Made by a program: the position numbers and the translations under genes
The notes under the pieces: model-generated
Databases searched by the model: none
The model's input: only the letters and a program-made list of their open reading frames with translations
Told to the model about the DNA's origin: nothing
In this document: positions 1 through 10,605 of the stretch, in pieces
How the letters are laid out: each line of letters begins with the position of its first letter
Numbering within the stretch: the stretch's first letter is position 1
From: Octopus sinensis
Lineage: Eukaryota
Assembly (NCBI RefSeq): GCF_006345805.1
Contig: NC_042998.1
Coordinates: forward strand, 143,902,001 to 143,966,000
Direction: 5' to 3'
Length of the DNA: 64,000 bases

Positions 1-15
1 AGTCTAGAAGTTTTA

Positions 16-230
16 TGTATGTATGTATGTATGTATGTATGTATGTATGTATGTATGTATGTATGTATACATGTATGTATTTATGCATGCATGTATGTTT
101 GTATGTATGTGTGTGTATGTATGTGTGTGTATGCATGTATGTATGTGTGCATGCATGTGTATGTATGTATGTATGTATGTATGTATGTATGTATGTATGT
201 ATGTATGTATGTATGTATGTATGTATGTCA
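16..230. repeat. (ATGT)n microsatellite with (GT)n interruptions
   Basis: Direct tetranucleotide repeat; source of the MYVC/HTYI pseudo-ORFs. Confidence 0.97.
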
Positions 231-780
231 GGTCACTTTCGAATGCTACTGGTAACATGTAACCCAGTACAACCTGTTGCATGGTCGGGTCGTCGTCGAC
301 TAAACCAGCAACCCCAACAAGCTTGCTTGGTGAGGAGGGTGTTTATTGGACACCCTGCGGGATGAAAAACAAAACCCGTCAAAGGCCGGAGGAACTCTTG
401 AGAGTCAACGGCCATCCAATAAATGTCTTAAGGCTGTATCATGCGCGGGGACATAGAAATAATCAGACTGAATACCCGATCGCGCGGCTAAACCATTGGG
501 AGTGAAGGACTCCTAGCCTTTGTTAGGGCATCCTTCTAGGAGAAGCTAACTCAGATAACTGGGATAACTCCGACATAAAACCTGCGGCTCAGTGGTTACC
601 GATGATGTTGACTTGTTCTTCTTTTCGGATTATGGCTGCTATTGCTTAGTGAGTGGAATTGACTCAGTGCACAGCCTTTCCTCACTTAAAAAAAAAATCT
701 TCTTGCACAGGCATTGCACGATAACAACATTGATTAAGCTTCGAGCAATGGCCATACTCGATAACGAGGGGGCAGCCACC
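227..780 (+). mobile_element. Short non-autonomous retroelement, probably an internally deleted RTE-clade derivative, flanked by (ATGT)n
   Basis: Contains a CTAGGAGAAG..AACTC...AAACC motif resembling RTE 5' UTRs and a frameshifted endonuclease-start-like peptide (SLSSLKK/NLLAQALHDNNID). Ends in an (ATGT)n tail. A diverged homologue lies at 1273-1745. Confidence 0.5.
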
Positions 781-1026
781 ATGTATGTATGTATGTTGTA
801 TGTATGTATGTATGTATGTATGTATGTATGTATGTATGTATGTATGCATGTATGTATGTATGTGTGAGTGTGTGTGCATGTGTATGTATATATGTATGTG
901 TGTGTACATGTGTGCATGTAAGTATGTATATATGTATGTGTGTGTACATGTGTGCATGTAAGTATGTGTGTATGTATGTTTGCATCTTTGTATGTATACA
1001 TGTGCATTTGTATGTATGTATGTATG

Positions 1027-1057
<31 letters not shown>

Positions 1058-1170
1058 GTATGCATGCAGTACATATGTGTATTTATGTATGTATCTGCGT
1101 TTATATGTGCATGTATGTGTATGTAAGTATGTGTGTTTGTGTATGTATGTAAATTTCTATGTATGCATTT
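781..1170. repeat. Degenerate (ATGT)n/(GT)n microsatellite
   Basis: Direct inspection. Confidence 0.9.
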
Positions 1171-1272
1171 CTTCCTCCTCCTCATCATCGTGTAACGTCC
1201 GTTTTCCATGCTAGCATGGGTTGGACGGGCTTATATATGTATATATGTGTGTCTATGTATGCATAAATTGTA

Positions 1273-1745
1273 TCAGATCACTTGTGAATGTTACTGGGCA
1301 ACATGTAATATCAGTACAACCTGCTGCATGGTGAGGTCGTCAGCAACTAAATGGCAACCCCATTTAGCTTGCTTAGTGATAAGGGTGACTGGGTAATCTG
1401 CAGGATGAAGGAGAGATGAACTCATTAAAGTCAACAGCCCTCCAATGCTATGTACACAAGCTTGGTCTTGCTATTTCCCACGCACACCAGTAGTTCCTGC
1501 AGCAATCGTGGACAAACTGGTGACTTTGATGCAGAAAACACATGGTTGCACAGAGGATTGACACCTTTTCAATAATGGTCATGTACAACAGGCTCAGTCA
1601 GCAAAGAACCATGACAATGAGAATGTAGATACTGTGTACCACATTACTGGGAGTGAATGATCTCTAGTTCTTGTTAGGATACCACACTGGAGGGAAAATT
1701 CTGATGTAAAACATGTAACTCGATGGCAGCCAGTGATGTTGACTA
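1273..1745 (+). mobile_element. Older, interrupted copy of the 227-780 element
   Basis: 1273-1450 aligns by eye to 227-420 (gatcacttgtgaatgttactggg..cagtacaacctg..catggt); 1640-1745 aligns to 495-612 (gggagtgaa..ctag..ttgttagg..gatgttgac). Confidence 0.6.
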
Positions 1746-1885
1746 GTACTTCACTATAAAAAGCATGATGCCAGGCATAACTTGACATACCAGCATCATC
1801 ATCCTATACTCAAAAACGAGGAAGCAGTCATCATGCATGTATGCATGTACATATGTACATATGTTTATATTTATGTATGTACATA

Positions 1886-1957
1886 CCGTAAATCCTCGAG
1901 TATAATCCGCATTGTTTTCCCAAAATTTAACGGTCAAAATCCCTAGTGCATACTATA
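1886..1957. mobile_element. pogo/Tc2-like DNA transposon terminus, interrupted by the RTE; resumes at ~5658-5670
   Basis: TA|CCGTAAATCCTCGAGTATAATCCGC end. The internal inverted motif GTGCATACTATAT|ACGAGG is split by the LINE. Confidence 0.55.
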
Positions 1958-4900
1958 TCATAATCATCATCATCATCATCGTTTAACGTCCGTTCTCCAT
2001 GCTAGCATGGGTTGGACGGTTCGGTCGGGGATCTGGGAAGCCAGGAGGCTGCACCAGGCTCCAGCCTGATCTGGCAGTGTTTCTACAACTGGATGCCCTT
2101 CCTAACGCCAACCACTCCGTGAGTGTAGAGGGTGCTTTTTACGTGCCACCTGCACAGGTGCCAGGCGAGGCTGGCAACGGCCACGATCGGATTGGTGCAT
2201 TTTACGTGCCACCGGAACGGAAGCCAGTCAAGGTGGCGCTGGCATCGGCCACGATTCGGATGGTGCTTTTTATGTGACACCGGCACGGAAGCCAGTCTAG
2301 GCGGCGCTGGCATCGGCCACGATTCGGATAGTGCTTTTTACGTGCCACCGGCACGGAAGCCAGTCTAGGCGGCGCTGGCATCGGCCACGTTCAGATGGTG
2401 CTTTTTACGTGTTACCGGCTCAGGGATCACAACTGCAGTTTCCATTGATTTTGATGTTGGTGTACTTGACTCAATGGATCTCCTCAAGCACAGGGTCAAA
2501 ATGGTGTTTCTTCACTTGCCACCTGCACAGGAGTCAGTCCAGCGGTCATAGGATTGGTTCAATTTCGATTCCGATTTCACTTGCCCCAACAGGTCTTCGC
2601 AAGCAGAGTTTAGTGTCCAATGAAGGGAGGTTGGCATAGGTACCTGTCGTCGGATGAGGTTCGATTTCGACTTCGCTGGCCTCAACAGGTCTTTGTGTGT
2701 CCAAGGGAGGAAAGACATGCATAAGTGGGCTGGACTCACTTGTCCTGTCGGGTCTTCTCACGCACAGCATATTTCCAAAGGTCTCGGTCGCTAGTCATTG
2801 CCTCGGTGAGGCCTAAAGTTCGAAGGTCGTGCTTCACCACCTCGTCCCAGGTTTTCTTGGGTCTACCTCTTCCACGGGTTCCATCAACTGCTAGGGACTG
2901 GCACTTTTTCACACACCTATCTTCATCCATTCTCGCCACATGACCATACCAGCGCAATCATCTCTCTTGCACACCACAGCTGATGCTTCTTAGGTCCAAC
3001 ATTTCTCTCAAGGTACTAACACTCTGTCGAGTATGCACACTGACATTACACATCCATCAGAGCATACTGGCTTCATTCCTCGCGGGCTTACGCATGTCCT
3101 CAGCAGTCACCGCCCATGTTTCACTGCCATGTAGCATGGCTGTTCGTACACATGCATCATACAGTCTGCCTTTTACTCTGAGCGAGAGGCCTTTAGTCAC
3201 CAGCAGAGGTAAGAGCTCCCTGAACTTTGCCCAGGCTATTCTTACTCTAGCAGTTACACTTTCAGCACACCCACCCCCACTACTGACTTGGTCACCTAGA
3301 TAACGGAAGCTATCAACTAATTCTAGTTTTTCCCCCTGGAAAGTGACGGAAGTTGTTTTCTGCAGATTTTCAGTGTTTATTGCTCCTGAGCATCTGCCAC
3401 ATACAAAAACTATCTTCCCAGTTAGCCTTCCTTTGACATTGCTGCACCTCTTATGTATCCATAGCTTACACTGGGTGTATCTTATAGAGTTTCTACCTAC
3501 GCCTTTTCTACAGATCGAGCAGAGCTATCTACCTGAAGGCATTTGTGGTTTGTCTACCTTCCTACTTATTAGGACTTTGGTTTTAGCTAGGTTGACTCTA
3601 AGGCCCCTCGATTCTAATCCCTCCTTCCACACCAGAAACTTCTCCTCCAGTTCTGATAGTGACTCAGCAATTAGAGCAAGGTCGTGACGAGGGGCATCCT
3701 GTCTTGAATTCCTCCGTTATTGCCTGGAGGACTATGATAAATAGGAGGGGGCTGAGGACTGAACCCTGGTGGACCCTAACCTCTACCTTGAATTCTTCAG
3801 TATACACGTTGCCAACCCTAACCTTACTTACAGCATCCCTGTACATGGCTTGCACAGCTCTCACCAGCCATTCATCTATTCCTAGTTTCCTCATTGGCCA
3901 CCAGATAAGGGATCGGGGACCCTGTCGAAGGCTTTCTCCATGTCAACAAAAGCCAGGTACAGGGGCTTATCTTTGGCTAGGTATTTCTCTTGCAGCTGTC
4001 TCACCAGAAATATGGTATCAGTGATGCTTTTTCCTGGCACGAACCCAAACTGCATCTCATCCAAGTTGACTCTCTCTCTAATCAGTTGGGCTATGACCCT
4101 CTCCGTAACCTTCATTACCTGATCCAACAGCTTGATACCTCTGTAATTATTTGTATCTAGGGCGTCACTTTTACCTTTGTAGCAGTTGACTATTATGCTG
4201 CTACACCAGTCATTGGGTATGACTCCTTCGTGTATCACCTGGTTAACTATATGGGTGACTAGGCTATAGCTGACACTGTCAGATATTTTGAGCATCTCTG
4301 CAGTGCAGTATTTCCTGATGGGCCTGGGGCTTTCCCTGTCTTCTAATTGCCTTAACTACCAAAGAACTGTCAACTCGGATAGCTGGTCCCTCTGTTGGGT
4401 CGACATTCGGCAGACTCTCTTTATCCCATTCATTTTCTTTATTCAGTAACCTTTCATAGTGGCGTCTCCAAACCTCTCTCTTTGCATCCTCATTTAGCGC
4501 AAGTGAACCATCATCCATGCGAACACATTTCTCTCCTACCACATCACGATTCTCTCTCACACACTGTCTTGCAACACGAAATACCTCAAGTCTTTGGTCC
4601 TCACGGCGCAGAACATTGGCAATTTTTTTCTTATCTGCTTCCCCTCTGGCTAAATAAACCTATCTCCTAGCTTCCCTTCTAGCAGTCTGATACAGTTCCC
4701 TGCTACCTCCGTTCTTCCAGTCCTTCCAAGCCTGTTTCTTTTGTCTAATAGCCCTGTCAACCACATTGTTCCACCACCACGTTACCTTGGGTCGAGTGGA
4801 GACTTTGCACCAGCCACAGATCTGGTCAGTGGCTCTCAGCAGGTTGTCCCGTAGAAACCTCCACTAGTCTTCCACATTATGTGATGCTATATCCCCTTCT

Positions 4901-5657
4901 ATTTTATCAAAGGCTTCGAGTATTACGTTTCTAAATCTCTGCCCATTTGCAGAATCTTTATGTTTCCAGACCCTTCTCCTCCGGGCTGGTCTTCTTCTGG
5001 GCATCCGTTCAGCCCCGATCCTGAAGTCGCCAACTACTAATCTATGATGAGGGGTACATTCTTCGCCTGGGAAGGTTTTGGCATTTATAAGCAGCCCTCT
5101 TTCCCGTTTTCTGGCGAGGATATAGTCAATTTGGCTGGTGTGTCTGCCAGAACGATAGGTGATTAGGTGACGGGCGGGTTTCCTGAAGTTAGTATTGCAA
5201 ACCATAAGATCATTTGCATCGCAGAATTCCAGCAGTCTGGTTCCCTCCTCATTGCGGGAACCAAAACCATAGCTTCCATGTATGCCATGGAAGCCCCCTA
5301 CACGTTGTTCAACATGTCCATTGAAATCACCAGCCACAAAAAGAAGGTCTCTGTCGTTCGTCGACGAGGTAGTCTGCAGTAGGGTGTCATAGAATCGGTC
5401 TTTCTGCCCCTCCGGTAGCCCTGGCTGAGGGGCATAGGCCAAGATAATGGTAGCTGACCTAAGGTGAAGCACTAATCTAATCTTAAGTACTGTCACATAC
5501 TCTGACTACCTCGATTACCTTATCAACCCATTTCTCCGCAAGAAGTATACCCACGCCCCCGACCCCGTCGGTGTTCCCTGCCCAGAAAATCTTTTTACCT
5601 GTGTTCTTTGCCTGTGAGGAACCTAGCGGAACCTCCTCTCCACCTTACTTCTTGTAT
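1958..5657 (-). mobile_element. RTE-clade non-LTR retrotransposon, 5'-truncated within the endonuclease, with long 3' UTR and (ATG)n tail
   Basis: AP-endonuclease motifs (QEVRW, AYAPQ, GDFNGH, SQIDY); RT motifs (NYRGIKLL, QFGF, KAFDRV, HQGSVLSP); C-terminal RGRGRPKKTWDE; (CAT)n on + strand at 1958-1981. Confidence 0.96.
2736..5657 (-). pseudogene. Disrupted EN-RT polyprotein of the RTE element
   Basis: ORF pieces 4864-5496, 4279-4560, 3891-4295, 3664-3894 and 2736-2957 are collinear but broken by frameshifts, stops and deletions. Confidence 0.93.
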
Positions 5658-5670
5658 ACGAGGTTAAAAA

Positions 5671-5995
5671 GGCAAGTGTCTTCTACTATAGCCTCAGGCT
5701 GACCAAAGCTTTGTGAGTGGATTTGGTAGATTAAAACTGAAAGAAGCCCGTCGTATGTATATCTATACATATGTAAGTATGTGTGTATATGTTTGTGTAT
5801 CTGTGTTTGTCCCACCCAACATCGCTTGGCAATCAATGCTGGTGTGTTTACATCCCCGTAACTTAGCAGTTCGGCAAAAGAGATCGATAGAATAAGTACT
5901 AGGCTTACAACGAATAAGTCCTGGGGTCGATTTGCTCGACTAAAGGCGGTGCTCCAGCATGGTCGCAGTCAAATGACTGAAACAAGTAAAAGAGT
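5671..5995 (+). mobile_element. tRNA-derived CORE-type SINE (5'-truncated), most abundant family in the window
   Basis: ggcaagtgtcttctactatagcc core, central TA/TG tract, tail ending actgaaacaagtaaaagag; more than 20 partial or full copies in the window. Confidence 0.85.
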
Positions 5996-6224
5996 ATAAT
6001 TAAGTGTGTGAGTGATTACTTGTATAGATGTAATTTTATAATTAGCGTTGAGGAGATGCAGATTTTGAAGCACTTGTCTGTAAATATTCTCCTTCTCACT
6101 GTAATATTCTCCCACATCTACAGGGTAATTATCCTCCTTGATTTAACATGACTTTTCTTTCCTGTCCCAAATAACTATGTCTGGTCTGTTATGTTTGCAC
6201 TTGGTAGAAATTTAAATGGGTAGC

Positions 6225-6260
<36 letters not shown>

Positions 6261-6269
6261 CTGGTAAAA

Positions 6270-6625
6270 TGTGCAGTAACAGTGCATCACTGCATCCACC
6301 ATTTGTTGGTGATTCCCTACTGATGAATGGCACCTTTACATCATCACAGGCAACAATCCTGCAACCTATAGCTCTGTTAAGGTAGTCAATGTTGATGAGA
6401 ATTTCATGAGATCGGAGTGCAAATCCTAACTCAGCCTCTTTTAGTTGCCTTTTATGACATGCAGAAGAAACATTAGGTCTACTTTTTGGCATGCTGGTCT
6501 CCACACAGTACTAGAGCAACGGGAAATGACGTGTTTTGCTCAAGGGCACAACATACTACCTGGCCCAGGAATCAAACCCATGATCTGGTGGTCATATGTG
6601 CAACACCCTAATCACTAGGCCACAC
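6270..6625 (-). mobile_element. tRNA-derived SINE, different family
   Basis: Minus-strand head gtggcctagtgattaggg..gggtttgattcctgg (A/B boxes) followed by ccttgagcaaaacac; body ends at a (TAC)n tail. Confidence 0.65.
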
Positions 6626-6781
6626 ACTTTTATATATGTATGTGTAAATGTATGCATATGTATGTGTATATGTATGTATGCGTATATGCATGTGTGTGTG
6701 CATGTATGTATGTTTGTGTGTATGTATGTATGTATGTATGTATGTATGTATGTATGTATGTATGTATGTATGTATGTATGT

Positions 6782-7230
6782 ATTCCATAGTAGAGGTGTT
6801 GCTACATTTATTCCAAAGCAATCTTTTTGGTGGATGGCATTGTAATTTTAGCAACATCATGAATGCAGAGGATTTGTGAAGGCTGGAAAGAAATTAAGTG
6901 AACATGCTCCACTTAATGTACAATGCAAGCGTGCCTGAATGACATAGTACGAATATGCTGAGAAAAAAACTGAGCATAAGAAGAATCAGATGTACCATGC
7001 AAGAAAGAAGACTGTGTTGGTATGGATTGAGATGTATATGGATGAGGACAGCTGTATAAAGACATGCTGATCACTTAATGTGGATGGAGCTTATGAAAGA
7101 GGGAGACCCAGGAAGACATGGTGCAAAGTGGTGAAGGCTGATCTCAGGATCCTTAATCTCAAGGAGATGACAGAGGACCAGGATCACTGAGGATACATGC
7201 TTCTTGAGAAGGCATACCCAAATCGGTGAA
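6782..7230 (+). mobile_element. Decayed RTE 3' ORF fragment
   Basis: Homologous to the RTE C-terminus (gagggagacccaggaagacatgg = RGRPRKTW; gagatgacagaggacc). Confidence 0.8.
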
Positions 7231-7279
7231 ACTAAGTTCTGGTAGTACTGTATGTGTATATATATGTGCAACAGAGCCC

Positions 7280-7960
7280 TTCACCCAATTTCCTCTCCAA
7301 AACACCTCTAACACCCATCATCTCTCTAACTGCAGCTTTCCACTAACCTTTCTCATTGCCCAGAACCATTTCACTCGATATTCATTCTTATATTGCCCTC
7401 TCCATCCACATTTTACATTGATCATCCCATTCTGAGCCACCAAATTATGCCTCTTTCTCCCCCACCATATATCATACACTTTGTGCTCTCCCCACCCACT
7501 ACATCTGCCTCTCTTCTGCTACCACTGTCTGGCAACTTCCTTAACCATACCTCCATCATCTCTCCTTGTCTCTTTCCCTGTCTACTGTATCAACACTGCT
7601 ATCCTACTGTTCTTTACCCACATGCACCCTTCTTCTTTCCATTATTCATTACATTCACCCTGCAACACTTGTTTTTCATTCATTAAATTTAACCCTTCAT
7701 CCATTCCCATCTCTCGTTCTCCCATACACTCTTGCAACCTCTACCTAACCATATTCCTGTTTCCTCTGTCCCCTCACATTGTACCTTAAAAATCTACCTA
7801 GATATCTCATTACCACTATTTTTATCTCATTCCAGCTGCTCCTGATCACTCTCACCCTCTCTTCTAAAATGTGAGTAGTTATCTATCTCCTCTACAGCAA
7901 GAAGCCTATTCTGCTCTGGCTCTCTTTCTCATATTTGAACACTTCATCTTGCATAAAACT
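7280..7960 (+). mobile_element. Pyrimidine-rich repeat relic, possibly a Penelope-like 3' end
   Basis: Shares ctcttgcaacctctac..ttgtacc..tctacc with 45540-45830; classification is inference. Confidence 0.35.
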
Positions 7961-8257
7961 GCCTCTCTCAAGGTCCATAGTCTTGTGAGCTACATGGGGA
8001 TCTCACTATTGTTGGTGATACATACAAGAAAAAAGCACACCCCCCCATTTACACAGTAAAATGGTTGGCATTAGGAAAGGTCCACAGAAGCCATGCCAAA
8101 GTTGACAGTAAAGCACAATGTGGTCCTTGGATTCTGTGAAACTATCCAAATCATGTCAGTATAGAACATAAACATTAAATGATGATGATTACACATGCAT
8201 GTTTGTGTGTGTGTGTATGTATACCTACACACACACACACACACACACATATATTCT

Positions 8258-9957
8258 TTCATTTTTAAAATTCCTTTATTTGTTTCGATCATTAGGCTGT
8301 GGTCATGCTGGGGCACCACCTTGAATTTTTAGTCAAATGAATCAATCCCAGTACTTATATTTTTTCAAGGCCTAATACTTATTCCATCAGTCTCTTTTGC
8401 TGAACCACTAAGTTACGGTGATGCTAACACAGCAGCACTGGTTGTCAAGCAGTGATGAGGGTACAAACACAAACACAAAGACACTCACACAGATATATAT
8501 ATATTGGGTTGTCTGGAAAGTTCATGCCGATTTTTAAAGGAAAGAAAAAGGTCAATAAATACTTGCCATTACATTTTTAATCAACCAAATATGAACCATT
8601 TTGTTGCACAATGTGTCTCCATCTTTCCTTTAAATTGAAAATACCCTCTTCCCAGAATTGAGGTGGTTTCATGGCAAAGAATTCATCAAGGTATCTTTTT
8701 ACATCATCCAAGGAATTGAAATTTTTACCATTAAGACTATTCTGCAGAGACCTTAATAAGTGGAAATCCAAAGGAGCAATATCTGGTGAATATGGAGGGT
8801 GGGGTAACACATCCCAGCCAAGCTGCAGCAATTTTTGTCTGATTCCCAAATAAACATGTGGTCTTGCATTATCATGTTGGAAAACAACACCCTTCTCTCT
8901 TGAAATACTGCTTTTAACTCATCCAGTTGTGTGTAGTATTTCTCAGAATTAATTGTCTGGTTACTGAGGAGAAGCTCATAGTACAGAATTCCTTTCCAAT
9001 CCCACCAGATACAAAGCAAGACTTTTTTAGGGTGAAGACTCACTTTTGGGGTGGCTAAGGGTGGCTCATGTCACTTACTCCAGGATTGCTTTCTCTGAAA
9101 ATTTCGGTAGATAACCCATTTCTCATCACCTGTCACAATTTGCTTTAAAAAGGGCACGTTTTTATTCCATTTATAAAGCGAATCACAGATGGAAATGCGA
9201 TCCAAAAGGTTCTTCTCACTCAACTCATGTGGTACCCAAACATCTTAGCGATTTGTGTACCCAAGCTTTACCAGGTGCTCATAAACAACGGATTTTGATA
9301 GGTTGAGGCTTTCTGCCAATTCTTGGGTTGTGCAATGTGGGTTATTCTCAATTATTGACTTGATTTGGTCATCATCTGTAGTGGATGGTCTGCCTGATCG
9401 TTCTTTATCAATAAGACTACAATCTCCAGCTCAGAACCTTGTCAAACACTTCCGTACAGTTCTATCAGATAAAGAAACATCACTGTAAACTACATATATT
9501 TCTTTGGTTGCTTGTGAGCCATTTTTCCCTTTACGGAAAAAGAAAAGCATCAAGTGCCGAAAATGAACTTTTTTATCTTCCATTTTAAAAGGTTACAGAA
9601 TTAACACAGGTTATAGGAACATAAACCTTCTTCCATGAAAAGATAGCTTAAACTTTACTCTAAATGGAGGTGTAGTAAAATCCTATTTTATGGACTCAAC
9701 CATGTTCTAAAATAAGTCGAAAAGTAAGCTACTATAAATCGGCACGAACTTTCCAGACAACCCAATACATTTATACATATATATATATATATATATATAA
9801 ATATGACAGGCTTCTTTCAGTTTCCACCTACCAAATTCACTCACATGGCTGTGCTTGGCCCGTGGCTATAGTAGAAGACACTTGCCCAAGGTGCCATGCA
9901 GTGGGACTGAACCCAGAACCATGTGGTTGGTAAGCAAGCTTCTTACCACACAGTCAC
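8258..9957 (-). mobile_element. CORE-type SINE split by the mariner (tail 8258-8503, head ~9805-9957)
   Basis: Tail and head halves are collinear on either side of the mariner. Confidence 0.85.
8504..9765 (-). mobile_element. Full-length decayed mariner (D,D34D) transposon
   Basis: TIRs TTGGGTTGTCTGGAAAGTTCATGCCGATTT / AAATCGGCACGAACTTTCCAGACAACCCAA, TA on both sides; transposase motifs KVLLCIWWD and HPPYSPDIAPLDFHL. Confidence 0.96.
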
Positions 9958-10389
9958 ACACACACACTTATACAAAAACTGACCCAGTATAGACAGTTTC
10001 CCACTTAACGTCGCTTCATTATAACATCAATGTGAAATAATATAAAGCTAGAAAAATTGTAAAATCAAAAGTTCACCAAGTGTATATGTCTCAGACTGAA
10101 TTTTTGTCAACTTCAATTTTTCTTTCTTTCTTTTGTAACTTGCATTTCTAATTCAGTAAAATATAAATAAATAAATATATTAATAACATACAATGATGAA
10201 CTATGATATTCATCATACAATTTTTTTTCTTTCACGAATGTCATCTAAGACACCATCTTTATATGTCTACCTATCTACTTCATAGACTTGTAAATTTTTT
10301 TAATGTACGACAATACTTTCAGATATAAAATAAATAGTGAAAGCTAAACCACAAAATTGTATTTAACAAATGCAAATTAATTATATCCA

Positions 10390-10605
10390 ATTTAGGCACA
10401 AGGCCAACAATTTGGAAGAGAGGGTCTAAGTTGATTAAATCAACTTCAGTACTTGACTAGCACTTTATTTTATCAACCTCACAGGGATGAAAGGTAAAGT
10501 TGACTTTGGCAGTAACTGAATCCAGAAAATAAAAGGAGTCAGAAGAAATTCCAAAATTTATTTTTGTCTGGTGTTCTGATGATTCTACCAGCTCTACCAT
10601 CTTAA
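10390..10605 (-). mobile_element. tRNA-derived SINE with gcctttcatcc..gataaa..gtac central domain (MetaSINE-like; family name is inference)
   Basis: Same family at ~11700-11860(+), 14180-14372(+), 19250-19452(-), 19884-20108(-), 43155-43332(-), 43372-43555(-), 45015-45220(-), 49521-49755(-), 49935-50130(-). Confidence 0.75.

Noticed and set aside
628-645. DYGCYC resembling the phospholipase A2 calcium loop
   Set aside because: The following GxGG is absent and the segment lies within a repeated element.
13-1214. Long ORFs such as MYVCMYVC/HTYIHTYI, here and throughout the window
   Set aside because: Translations of (ATGT)n, (TA)n, (CA)n and (GA)n repeats that lack stop codons by composition.
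2131-2420. CRISPR-like array or HDV-like ribozyme in the 63-68 bp repeats
   Set aside because: No unique spacers or cas genes. A trial HDV fold gave P1 and P3 but no P1.1 GG or convincing P2.
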